A DNA stretch of 64,000 bases from Microthyrium microscopicum (lineage: Eukaryota): positions 2,576,627 to 2,640,626 of the forward strand of contig MU004230.1 in the NCBI GenBank assembly GCA_010405405.1, read 5' to 3'. The notes below the pieces were generated by a model. It was not told the origin of the DNA and made no database searches. It saw only the letters and a program-made list of their open reading frames with translations. Shown one piece after another: positions 11,898 to 23,045 of the stretch (its first letter is position 1; every line of letters begins with the position of its first letter). Both the position numbers and the translations under genes were made by a program.

Positions 11898-14063
11898 CTA
11901 GGAACTAAATCGACCTACACTGGACCCAGCCACGATGGCAGTTCTAGCAGGTGCTTGGCCCAGGCCTTCGCCCATAGCACGCGGTGTACTCGTCGAGCCT
12001 CTTCTTGCCTGCAAGACTTGCCGGTTAGATCCAAAATCCGACTGTGCTTGATGTGGCGGGCTGCCTTGTCCGAATGGTGTCATTGATGGGCCAGGTTGTG
12101 ATGAATTATGCGTTGTTTGTATTCTTTCCATATCTTTGATGCCGAGATTGACAATGCGGTTCACTGGAACTGGAGTCTCGACGGGGACGTCTGCGTAATG
12201 GTGCATGGTATGGGCGGCTGACGATGGTGGATTTGAAGCCATTTCGATGGTAGATGCGGAGCCATTTACCGTAGTTGGTTCTCCCACCCGTCTTTGTTGT
12301 GCGGGAGTTGCAAATCCGCTTGTTGTGCCTTGAGAGTGGAATGCTTTGACGGATCCCGCTGCATGAGCAGGGTGTTGAGGATTAGCCCAAGGAGTGCGTT
12401 CTATGAATTGCTCGCTGGCAGGCGTTCTATCTTGGATTGGCTGAGGTCGGATGAGGCCGCTAGACGGTTGTCGAGTGATCTGGACATGTCAGAGTAGTTC
12501 GTGTAATGCCAATCGATAATTTCATACCTCCATTGCCTCAAGGTCTCTTTGGATTTCATGTGCAGAAAGAGCAGACATCTCTGGCGCAGCAGGGAATCCA
12601 ACATGCTTGGCAATTCCTGCAAGTACAGAAACTTCCATGTTGCGCGCCTGCTGCTCCTGCATAAGTTCAGGCTTCCGGTTAGAATATAGCCTAGTCGAGC
12701 TCTCCTCCATGCCATATCGCCGTCTTTCTTTCTGAAGTGTATAAACCTCTTTATAACACCTATCGATCGCATTGTCTCGAATCTCGCGTACGTCTTGAAA
12801 GTACTGGCTAAGAAGCTGACCTCGCTCTGCAATGGTTTTGTTGACAAGAGCCTGGAGGTTGTATTTGAGTAGAGCGTTTTCGTGGCGGATCTTCTCATCG
12901 CGTCGTTCATCAACGCAAGCCAATTGTGCGAGATAGGCTACATGGGTAGAGTTTGGCTGCTGTAGGAGGGATAGTTCGACATCCACTTGATCAATCTGTT
13001 CTTGTAAAAGGCTTGGTAAAGTTAGATATGTGGTGGAAATGTTATAGAACACATCACTCACCGATCCCTGAACCCTATAAAGTCTTTCTCGACGTTTGTG
13101 AGAGCTTCGAGAGCTATCTTGCGCTTTAGAACTGCGAAAAATGTTAGCTCGATTGTTAGGAACTTTTAAGAACCACGTACCCTCTTCATCGTGCGAGGGG
13201 TCATCCTCCTCCTCACGATCCTCCTCAACCGGTTCTTCAGCCTCTCTTATTGGCGTGTCTGAAATCTCCGCTGGTGTATCTGCGTCCTGCAAAACTGCAT
13301 CCTTTCTTCCTTTCCTACGTCCCTTGCCCCGGGCTGCACTCTTGCCTCTCGGGGCTGGCCTCAATTCCTCTTCTGCAGCCTCATTCAAGTGTGATTCAAC
13401 TTCGTCATCCTGCGCGTCTTGAGTCGAACCTGTAGTATCTACTGGCTGGTCCTCAGCATCTACCTCAGGTAAACTTTCAGACGCTCGATTTTCAGCCTCA
13501 AGCAGTTTCAATTGTAGATCGTCCGCAAGGGTATGGGTGCGCTTAGGTAGTGGCTCATCCAACGGCAAGTCGCTCATAGAGCTGGCCCCTGGGCTGGGTC
13601 GTTTGCGCTTTCCCAGGTTGATCTTTCCGTCGACAGGCGTCGGCGATTGAGATGCTCGCGCCTCATGATCAACAGGACTTGGAGAGTCTGGAAGTTCGGC
13701 GTCAAGAAGGGATTCGAGATCGCCTGGCGTGTCTTCCAAGGCTTCTCGTGTCATCACCGTAGAAAGCTTGCTTGGGGTCTTATCCTGTGTTGCTGCGTCT
13801 ACTATGATGTGAGGTTTGAGCGGAGTCTTTTCGAGCTTCTCGGTTTCGGCTTCAGAGTCTACTTCCATATCTTCGTTTCGTCTAGAGCGCGAAAGCTGTA
13901 AAGCAATGGCTTCATGGTCGTCATCAGAAGGATCTTCGACGTCGATCTCGCTCAGACTGCTTGAACCATTGTCTGGACTATCGACATCAACATCCGTATT
14001 CTCTAGAATCCCCATGGACCCATTAGCACCATTTTGAGCCTGTGTGGTCATTGTGGTTATCAT
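11898..14063 (-). CDS. Sds3-like domain Rpd3L histone deacetylase complex subunit (Dep1-like), 4 exons
   Basis: Acidic disordered N-half (SSSLSEI, DSEAETEKL) followed by an Sds3-type coiled coil ending EVSVLAGIAKHVGFPAAPEM. Introns near 13180, 13061 and 12527-12480; last exon in frame to TAG at 11898. Start codon uncertain. Confidence 0.75.
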
Positions 14064-14810
14064 TGAGCTTGTTGGTCGAGGAGAGGGGGTGGTGGTAGGA
14101 GGCGCAGGAGACGTCAGGTTTCGCGATTTTGGCAATGCGCCTGGGCAATTCGGATTCAAGCCAAGCGATACTTCTATATAACGCGATTGTTAGCTTTTTG
14201 GATGGTTGATAGGGTGGTTGCGAGGCCGCAGTAAGAAGCAGTTTTCATCCCCAACACCAACACGCACTCAGCAGCGTCCGGGCAATGGAGCGAACGGTTG
14301 GACAGAAATTGCTTTCGCAAAGAATCGCAAGAATCTATGAGAGCCACGAACCTTTTGAGAGGGTTCCAAGCGGCGCGCGCCTCTAGGTGCAATGGACACG
14401 CTGTGAGCGTAATGAGTGTCACTCAGGCGGGGAGGAATTGTTGCAGTGTGATCGGATGCTCGCTGTGGGTTCGTAGGAAGCAAGTATTGCAAGGAAGCCG
14501 ACAGTATTGATCTAGGAAAAAAGCCGAGTCGGGAGAAGTCAACAAACGGTTTTTTCAGTGGGGGAATGGTTGTTGGTGGGAGGGATTTGGATGTTGCTGG
14601 AAGCTGGAAAGAGCACTGGAACCACGGCAGAGAAAGCAGCAACGGCCGACGGAACGCTTCCCATCCTCATCGCAGCTTCCCCCAAAAGAGCTTGGCGGTA
14701 TCTGCAAGCCGCTAATCCCCATTAGGCTAGAGCCCCTCCCCTCTCTACTTTTTTTCTGTGCGCAAAATGTCAATCTTGACATTTGTTGATAGATCACCAA
14801 TTACCATAAA

Positions 14811-16489
14811 ATGGCAAAGAAAGACAAGACCGCTAAGAGCGACAAGCTGACCAAGACATCCCCATTTCTCCCTTCTCTCGCCAAAAGAATAGACAATGAC
14901 CTTGCCGCATTGTTCGTCTCTTCCGCTGGTCCAATAGCTCCTCCCACCAGTCAAAAACGCGACAGAACAGTTAAGAAAAGTGCCGCCAAACGGGCCGCTA
15001 CGTCCAATTCTCCTGACGAAGATGGAGAAGCACCCAGTGTGTCTTCTGATAAGTCCGAAAAATCAGTGGCGTCGGAGGTAGACTCTGAACAAGATGAAAA
15101 GCCGGCTCCACCTGCGCAGCCTAGCAAGAAGAGAAAGAGGAAGGATGCACACGACAACTTGGAAGCTCGTTACATGGAGCGCCTGGCCGACGAGGAAGCT
15201 AAAGAAGAAGCCGAAGCAAAACTAGAACGGAGGAAAGCTCGCGCTTCTCGAAACGAGGACGACTCTTCGTCGAGCAGTGCCAGCGAAGATGAGGAAGCCT
15301 CACAAGACGATATCATAAGCGTGGAAGAAGTTGAGGAAGAAAGCGAAGACGAAGCTCGCCCTCAGCATGTCGCCCTTTCGAAAACAAACGACGACCCCGA
15401 AGTTGAGAAAGCTTCAAGAACAGTCTTCCTAGGCAATGTTTCCACAGAAGCCATAACATCCAAACCTGCAAAGAAAACTCTACTTACTCACCTCGCCTCA
15501 TTCTTCCCTCAACTCTCCTCCAAGATCTCTACCCCGAAAGTCGAGTCAATTCGCTTCCGATCGACAGCATACTCCTCGAAGCTACCCAAGAAAGCCGCAT
15601 TCATGACGAAGGAACTAATGGATACTACAACCAAGAGCACCAATGCATACGTGGTATACAGCTCAAAGTCTGTCGCGAACGAAGCTGTAAAGCAGCTCAA
15701 CGGCACCATCGTCCTTGACCGCCACTTGCGAGTAGATTCAGTTGCGCACCCTTCACCTGTCGTCCATAAGCGCTGCGTATTCGTAGGAAATCTAGACTTC
15801 GTTGATGATGACAGTCAGATACGAGAAGAAGCCTATCAAGGCAAAGATCTCACCAAACAAAAGAGCAAGCCACCTGCAGACGTGGAAGAAGGACTATGGC
15901 GTTCGTTCGCCAAAGCAGGCACTGTAGAAAGCGTGAGAGTAATTCGTGATTCGAAAACGCGAGTTGGCAAAGGAATCGCATATGTTCAATTCATCGTAAG
16001 TTACACCCCCTCCAAGAAAATCAATCAACTGACACATAGTAGGATGAGAATGCAGTTGAAGCAGCCCTGCTATTTGACGAGAAGAAATTCCCACCACTTT
16101 TACCTCGCAAGTTACGAGTAACACGAGCAAAGAGTATCAAACGCAATGCAGCAAATGGCCCAATCAAAAGAAGTCCTGGCACCGGAGCCAATGGAAAAAT
16201 CGCCGATAGGTCTTTTCAGGGGCGCGCTGGCAAGCTACTGGGTAAAGCAGGCGCATTTCAGGCTCGGAACCAAGATCGACAGCCGGCTAAGAAACAAAAA
16301 GTCAATGGCCAATACGATAAGGCTGGCGGCAAGGCTGACGGCATGGTATTTGAAGGACATCGAGCACAGAGCAATGATACGACAGGCTTGAGATTCGGAG
16401 GAAAGAAAGCCAAGGGTAAGCAAGGAAAGCCAAATAATCGAAGTACGAAGAGAGCGGGTGCTTGGAGAAAGGCTCAGGCTGAGTCTTGA
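14811..16489 (+). CDS. NOP12: Nucleolar RRM protein Nop12, 2 exons
   Basis: RTVFLGNV, VESIRFRS, RHLRVD, CVFVGNL and KGIAYVQF RRM motifs. Intron 15996-16042; exon 2 starts DENAVEAA and is open to TGA at 16487-16489. Confidence 0.9.
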
Positions 16490-16795
16490 GAGTAGCTAGT
16501 CATAGTCAATACCTGTTATGAATTAATGCATTCGACTGGCGACTTGAATTAATGCTACTCTCATTGTCTTTCCTATTACCGTGTGCATTCGATAAGATGT
16601 CCAGCTTATATATACCGCATGGCATTTGGAGCCATTGGCAAGTAAAGCGTGCTACATGTCAACGAGCACTGTAGATAAAAATACATGAGGTAGTCTTTAG
16701 CTCAAGCGGTCCACATCGACGGACATTTTATCGAATAGGCTTACAGCCATTTTGTTTTATCTTGGTCTATACAATGCTCAGTGGTATCATACATG

Positions 16796-18752
16796 CTATC
16801 TGCTTAGCGCAATATCATCAATTCTCAGAATCATTTTCACCGTCTCCGCAGCCAACTCCAACGCACTAGTGCTGACCAGTAGCGGTTGCAATACGTTTTC
16901 ATCCGCAATGTTGTTCTTTACACCTCCAGTCTTGATGCTAACACCTGCATTCTTCTCTCCAATGGCATGGCGATGTCGTAGGTCCGTCACTACTTTGATG
17001 GAGTTGAGACCAGCATTTTCAGCAAGTGTTGTTGGAATGACTTCCATGGCATCGGCGAATGCTTTCCAGCAGATGGCTTCGGTACCGGCTAGAGTACGTG
17101 CCTTGGTCGCGAGCTGGTGGGCGATTTCGATCTCTGGTGCGCCGCCACCGGTCAGAAGGGCCCTGTGGTTAGGTTAGTAAGGAGGATATTGAGAGGATAT
17201 GAGATGTTTACTTTTTCTTGACGAGGCAGCGGATGACGCATTGAGCGTCGTGAAGACTTCGCTCTGCTTCGTCAAGGACTTGCTCGTTGGCTCCGCGGAC
17301 TACGATGGAAACGGTTTGAACTGGGCCTTTCACACCAGTGACCTTGACAACTCTCGCGCCAGAGGACTGTGTCTCTTCGATAAGATCAGCTGTTCCTAGC
17401 TTGTCTTCGGTAAAAGAATCTATGTCTGCAATAGGCTTGCAGCCAGTACTCTTGCAGATGAACTCGATCTCATCGCGCTCAATATCCTTGACAGCCAAGA
17501 TATTCAGCTTTGCAAGGAAGTGGAGACTGAGCTCATTGACGGCATCGCGAAGAATAGACTTTTGTATGAAGAGAACGTTGCACTTTGCCTTCTTGATCTT
17601 CTTCACCATGTTGAGAAGATATGTCCGCTCCTCTTTGAGAATCTTGTCCATCTGACGGTAGTCATTGACAACGATCTGATTTTCCATATCAGGTTTGGGA
17701 GGAGACAACTGGAATTGGATTAGACCGATGCGGGCCTTTTCTATTCTCGTGGGTCCGCCGCCACTTTTGAGCACTTGTTGTCGCAAGACTAGTCCTTCTA
17801 TCATCTCGCTCTCGTCCAATGTTCCACCGGGCTTTTTTAATATGCGAATGTTTTTGAGATCCGCGTTATCAGCTGTTTTTTGGTCGATGACTTTGAGAAC
17901 TGAGTCCACCGCCATGGGTGCGAGTTTGGGTTCGGAGGATACAATCTTGGAAGAGAGAGAAGTAGAGGCGGCTTTGAGAAGAGCTGGGCGATCGGAAAGG
18001 TTGATGGGTATAGACATGTCTTCAAGGATTGTAACCGCTTCGGCGGCAGCTCGCTGAAAAGCCTCGGAGATGACTGTGGGATGAACGCCTACAGATGATT
18101 AGTCTCTTTGCTTCGGAATTCCATAGCGTGTCCTGCACCTTTGTCCAAAAGTCTCTCTGCAGCTCCCAACAAGCTTCCAGCTATAACGACCACGGATGTA
18201 GTACCATCGCCAGCTTCGATATCCTGAGCATTCGCGAGGTCGACAAGCATCTTTGCCGCGGGATGCATAACGGACATATTTCGCAACATCGTATTACCGT
18301 CGTTTGTCTACTGGAGTATTAGCTCTTGAATTCCCAGGGTCTTTAACTTCAACATACAATCGTGGTTTCGCCTTTTCCATTTTGGATCTTTAAGCATATA
18401 TTAGTCTCGTAGTCCCCGCGTGCTTCGTGCCGATGCGCTCACCATTTTGTCCATACCCTTTGGCCCTAGAGACTATTATATTGTAAGCTCTGCGTTCGAA
18501 GAGAAATCTGGGAGTGTTTACGGTTCGTATGGCATCGGCAACAGCTTTAGAGAGATCTGTCAGTGGAACTCGCAGAAGCACAGTCGCATCAACCAACCTC
18601 GAGCAGCCATGATGTTGGCAGTACGAACAGCCTGTGGCTTCTCCTTGTCCTATACTCAATATCAGTATCGAGTAAGTTTGTATGAAAGTTTTGTCACTGA
18701 CGCGAAATGCGGCATTTGTGGATCCACCACCGGCAATCTGTGCAACGGCCAT
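16796..18752 (-). CDS. CCT4: Chaperonin CCT/TRiC subunit delta, about 8 exons
   Basis: Spliced reading gives [54 protein letters not shown] and ILRIDDI. Confidence 0.95.
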
Positions 18753-19425
18753 CGTGTATCAAGGGCTTTGATGAATTTCACACTATAAGGAGGGAAGAAA
18801 AGATGGGAACTGGAACGCGACACTTGGAAATGTTTCTCAAATAATTTTGGTGTTGATTTTCGAAGCCTTAGAGTTTGGAGGGGTGACGAAGCTCGGGCCC
18901 TGCTTGTTGCCCCTGCCAAACTGATGAACATCAACAAAATAACTGGCGTGCCCGCCGACTGCGATGGCTCCCACACAACACGGTCTGGTATCGAGTGCTT
19001 TATTTACCAATTAGGGCGTTCAGACCGAGAAGTTTTATCGAATGCTATGGAAAATATAACGCCTCTTAATTAATAGCGCCCGTAGGAGCCAGCGCAGTTG
19101 ATGGGAGTTGAGCGCGCCTTCCTTCTATTTTGCCGCGCGGTTGCCTGCTCGGTGCTTTGGTGTCTGTGCGCGAACACCAATTTTCTCTGCAGCTCCAACA
19201 TTTTTTCAACCTCTTCTCCTCCATCTCAACCTCTTCTTCTTCTCAACATCAAGCTTCCCCCCATTCTACCATCTTTTACCCTTCGTTCTTCGCAACTTGC
19301 GTCTTGTCTAGCTCGCTGGAAGATGTGGGCTCCATGATGGCAGAGCTCGTTGCCAGTGTCGGCATTACTCGCGAGCTCTGCCTCACTGTCCTGTAAGTCT
19401 CTCCATCTATCTTATTCTCCCCGTA

Positions 19426-19513
19426 CCTTCAAGATTAAAAACCATAAACCGCAAATCAAACTAGAGTCGCTGAATTTCTCATGAAGTAATTTCAACGTCA
19501 GAATGATGGAAGG
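19426..19513 (+). ncRNA. snR78: Box C/D snoRNA, snR78 homologue with a second snR72-type guide
   Basis: Terminal stem CCTTC/GAAGG; degenerate box C AAGATTA at 19431. Guide TCAAACTAGAGTC (19456-68) before D' CTGA (19470) is antisense to LSU GACUCUAGUUUGA (yeast Um2421). Guide ACGTCAGA (19495-502) before D ATGA (19503) is antisense to LSU UCUGACGU (yeast Am876). Confidence 0.82.
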
Positions 19514-19910
19514 AAGCTGCTACCAGTCTTTACTCTCGCATTTTCGAAGCAAAATGCTAACAGCTTGCAGAAATCGTCGTCTCTCCGCCAGCTCCCATGA
19601 AGGGCAATGTCTCCCGTCTACTAGGTTCTACGACTGGCTGCTTTACCTCCTCTTAGATGCGCAAACCTTCGATTCCCCATCGAAAGCTCTGGGAGTTAAA
19701 GCGCCTTCTAGCTAATAGCGTTGGTGAGAGCCATTGTACTCGTAGGGAGCCCGCCATATATGTTGCCAATCCATTGCCTGCCACCATCGTTCTCAGCATA
19801 TGGAGTTTCACCACATCTGCTGAATAAATGGCTCAAGTGGACTCGGAGCCTAGCGTCATGCGCCTTTAGTTACTGGTACGTTCCCAAACCTCGCTGTCAA
19901 ACCCATTCTC

Positions 19911-20010
19911 CTTGACTTTATGATGATTATCTTTTAATTGGAATTACCGGCTGAGGACTTCTACTCGAGTCCCTGAAGTAGAACATAGAGGCTGTTTCTG
20001 ATCTGTCAAG
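19911..20010 (+). ncRNA. snR77: Box C/D snoRNA, snR77 homologue (SSU Um578 guide)
   Basis: Stem CTTGAC/GTCAAG; box C ATGATGA at 19920. Guide TGGAATTACCG (19939-49) before D' CTGA (19951) is antisense to SSU CGGUAAUUCCA. Box D CTGA at 19998. Confidence 0.92.
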
Positions 20011-20126
20011 CACAAAACCTTTTTACCCATCATATTTTGTTAGTTCTCCTTGCTAACGCGATTGGTGTCTCGCAGATTTTCCGTGGTATGTTCGCATAGA
20101 TCCAGCTGTTAAGCCTTCTTCCACAC

Positions 20127-20220
20127 CATCGCATGATGCAATTGCACTGGGCACCGATATTATATGAGCGATATGCTTTCTCGCGACAGGCCTAGAAAAC
20201 CTCGTCCACTGATTTCGATG
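20127..20220 (+). ncRNA. snR76: Box C/D snoRNA, snR76 homologue (LSU Cm2197 guide)
   Basis: Stem CATCG/CGATG; box C ATGATGC at 20133. Guide GCACTGGGCA (20144-53) before D' CCGA is antisense to LSU UGCCCAGUGC. Box D CTGA at 20209. Confidence 0.88.
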
Positions 20221-20340
20221 TCACGACTCAAACCTGTCCAATACTGTATTACGGACTCAAGCTAATGCTTCAATTTCCGTTAGTGCGAGAACACTCTCAG
20301 AGACAATCTTGTACGTATTTACCTTGCCTCATCTCTCATT

Positions 20341-20436
20341 GTAATATGATGAACATCTAGATGACGAGTCAGACTCGAAGTTTTTTCGCTGTTGATAACC
20401 TTTTATTTAATACCATTCATGCCAAACTGATATTAC
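20341..20436 (+). ncRNA. snR75: Box C/D snoRNA, snR75 homologue (LSU Gm2288 guide)
   Basis: Stem GTAAT/ATTAC; box C ATGATGA at 20346. Guide TAGATGACGAG (20358-68) before D' CAGA is antisense to LSU CUCGUCAUCUA. A second antisense element CCATTCATGC (20413-22) precedes D CTGA at 20427. Confidence 0.92.
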
Positions 20437-20562
20437 CCTGTCATGAACAATGACTTTTCATTCCTGTTAAGGCCAAGACTAACCATTCGAATAGGTAGCC
20501 AATCCGTTCCTGGCCTGTGTCAGACACTTCACGTTTTGGTAGGTCGACCGGTCTCAAAGTCC

Positions 20563-20646
20563 TCAATCATATGATGATCTAAACTTTCTTGACAAGCATA
20601 TGTCCAAGCTATTTATAGCTGTGAAGATTCGATTGATTCTGATTGA
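20563..20646 (+). ncRNA. snR74: Box C/D snoRNA, snR74 homologue (SSU Am28 guide)
   Basis: Stem TCAA/TTGA; box C ATGATGA at 20571. Guide GACAAGCATATG (20591-602) is antisense to SSU CAUAUGCUUGUC; with D' CCAA the +5 rule gives A28. C' GTGAAGA at 20621; D CTGA at 20639. Confidence 0.9.
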
Positions 20647-20775
20647 TATCGACATATCACAGTCTAGCCTCACCTGATATTATGGACTCGGCTGACTTGA
20701 GTTTATAGCTTTCAAGTAAGCTCGTTGAATCTTCCTCGGTACGTACAACACTTTGCAAAGTCTTCCCTCTTACCA

Positions 20776-20864
20776 TTTCATGATGAATCAATTTTATATC
20801 ACGACGGTCTCCATAGCTACGGCTTTGATGATATCGCCCTTGACACGGCATTTTCCCTGATATC
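20776..20864 (+). ncRNA. snR73: Box C/D snoRNA, snR73 homologue (LSU Cm2959 guide)
   Basis: Box C ATGATGA at 20780. Guide TCACGACGGTCT (20799-810) is antisense to LSU AGACCGUCGUGA. C' TTGATGA at 20825; D CTGA at 20857. Confidence 0.88.
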
Positions 20865-21091
20865 TATTCACTCTTGAACCATTGCACTGCCTTGAAATAC
20901 GAAAGCTAACTGCTTTCCCACAGGAATTAAATGACGGTAAGTCTGTAAGATAAGCCGCTCCATCCTCGCTATGGGCTTCAATGTAAGTTTGGTGTGATTC
21001 AGAGATGTCATGGCACATCATCTGATTGTAGTATCTAAGTATATAGTCATATCTATACTCTTCTATCGTACACCACCTTCATTCACTTTGT

Positions 21092-22818
21092 CTACCACGC
21101 CGTGATATCATCAACCTCACTAACCATCCCTTTGCCCGCCACACTAGGCCCACTCTCCGTGGCCTCCGCCTCGGCATCTGACTCCCTCTCCATAATATCA
21201 GGCAACACCTCCTTCATAAACGACACCAAGTGCGCATTCACCTGTTCAAACTCTAGCAAAAACGCATCATGGCCTTCACTGCTGTCTATCGTCTTCAAAA
21301 CAGCGTTCGGTATCGTCGCCGCCAACTCCTCCTGCTCCGCAAATGTGAATAGCCCGTCGCTCTGTATCCCCAAGACCAGTGTTGGCTGTGAAATCGTCGC
21401 TAGCGCTGCGTGGAGCGGATCTTCGCCATCCTCCACGCCTTCAAAGTCGCGGTTCCGACTCACGTCGTGCGTATCTAGTTTGCGCGTTATGGCGATGTAG
21501 CAGTTCGCATCGAAGCGACTTATGAACTTGTCTCCTTGGTATCGTAGGTACGACTGCGCAGAGAAGTAGGTTGGTGTACGCTTTTTGGGGCCTGCGCTGG
21601 GTGGTGGGGTAAGTGGTTCGGGTGTTCCGCTGAATTCGGGGTCTAGGACTGCTGTGCTCGTTGCGGTGGAGATCTTAGAGGTGGAGGTGGTGACAGCGGA
21701 TGTGGGTGCAATGGAAGGTGGAGGCAGGCTATTGATGGAAGCGGTACTGTTTACTCGCGAAGGCCGCGGTGAGCCGGCGTGTTTGTGTCCGTCGTTGTGG
21801 ATGGCAAAGTGGTGGTTTCCGTTGTATTGTGCTGTGTTGATGTTTTGGCGGCGTGATGGGTCAGGGATGTTGCGGCCGAAGCGCTTTTCGAAGGAATCTC
21901 GGCTGCGATAGGTTAAGAGAGCGGACATGCGGGCTGCGCCGAGACCAGTGGATGGTGGCTAGTAGTAAGGGTCAGTTGGGTCGCAGAAGGCCGGTGATGG
22001 TCAATAGGAAAACATACGTCGTCTTGGGCATAGTAGCCGTCGTCGTATTTGGGGTCGCTGTAGATGCTTTGGCGCTGCGCTTCACCCCAGCTGATACCCC
22101 AAGCGCTATATCGTGCAGATGTTGCGATGGGGATGATACTTCGAACGTAGTCTTGTCCAAGGAAAGCGAACTCTAGGACTGTACCACCGCCCATTGAACC
22201 GCCGATGACTGTGGCGGTCTGCCGCACTCCGAGGTCGTCTAGGACGATTTTGAAGATACTATAGTCATTAGGATAGTCATCATATGCTACGGATATCCAT
22301 ATACTTACTTCACATCGTCTCTAATCGTAGTCAGAGGAAACTCTGGCCCATAAATGCCTTGACTACGATCTCCATTCTTGCTCGTCACCGGGCTCGCACT
22401 TCCATACGGACTGCCCAGGCAATTGAAGCAGACTACAAAGAATCTTGACTTGTCGAAAGCCTTGCCAGAGCCTCCCAGTAATGGGCCCCACCAGTCAGCG
22501 ACGTCAGCACTTCCAGTCAGTGCGTGACATATGACCATGCAGTTGTCGCCATTGGGTGACAGCTTTCCAAAGGTCTTGTAAGCTACGGGCACGTTCTCAA
22601 GAGTGACGCCAGATTCCAGGGCAAATGAAGGCACAATTGCAATTGTTTGGCTCGGAACCAGATTGGCATATTGATTTTCTGGTTGGGTATAAACTCGTTC
22701 TGCATGTGAAAGTTAGTATAAATTTTTACGGATATAAATTGTGACCGGGGATGATGGGCGACAAACCGAATGGTTTATGTGAGCCATTGGCCCTTGTAGA
22801 TTCTGGTGTGGCAGCCAT
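21092..22818 (-). CDS. MET2: Homoserine O-acetyltransferase, 4 exons
   Basis: ICHALTGSADVADWW, GSPYGS, nucleophile GGSMGG, YLRYQGDKF, FDANCY, SDGLF and EGHDAFLLE. ATG at 22818. Confidence 0.93.
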
Positions 22819-23038
22819 GATCTTCGATCTCTGAATTTTGAAGGACATTGTCTGGGGATATACGAGGTGGACCAGTGTCCAAATAGTGACACACTTGTAC
22901 TTGGTTTGTTGTCAAAAAAATGGCATGCATAAGCTCGGGATCTGAGAAGTACTCACTTTTTACCGTAGAATCCAGATCCCGGACGATGGCGAAATCCTTA
23001 ACAACACACTTGTATCAAAATCACATCATTTCGAAATA

Positions 23039-23045
23039 CACGTGA
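23039..23045. promoter_or_regulatory. CACGTGA (Cbf1/CDEI-type bHLH site) about 220 bp upstream of MET2
   Basis: Exact TCACGTG on the minus strand. Cbf1 sites are established for yeast MET promoters, but function here is only inferred. Confidence 0.35.

Larger units (their letters stand above)
19200..21031 (+). ncRNA. Spliced snoRNA host transcript (snR78-snR73 cluster); ends approximate
   Basis: Introns with donor, branch and acceptor at 19393-19570, 19876-20075, 20086-20283, 20311-20494, 20539-20708 and 20716(or 20739)-20923. Most internal exons are very short (10, 27, 44 nt) and there is no long ORF. Each intron holds one C/D snoRNA. Confidence 0.85.

Noticed and set aside
16034..16042. 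NAGNAG acceptors (NOP12 TAGTAG; also CCT4 CAGTAG at 18308-18313) whose proximal AG would insert an in-frame stop
   Set aside because: The proximal AG is only about 6-7 nt after the branch motif, so it is probably not used. There is no evidence of regulation.
19334..19385. ATGA-initiated hairpin as a SECIS element
   Set aside because: It lacks the apical AA and the opposing GA quartet, and there is no upstream selenoprotein ORF.
21580..21860. Long S/T/P-rich insertion in MET2
   Set aside because: It is an in-frame low-complexity loop at a position where fungal Met2 proteins are variable, and has no intein motifs.
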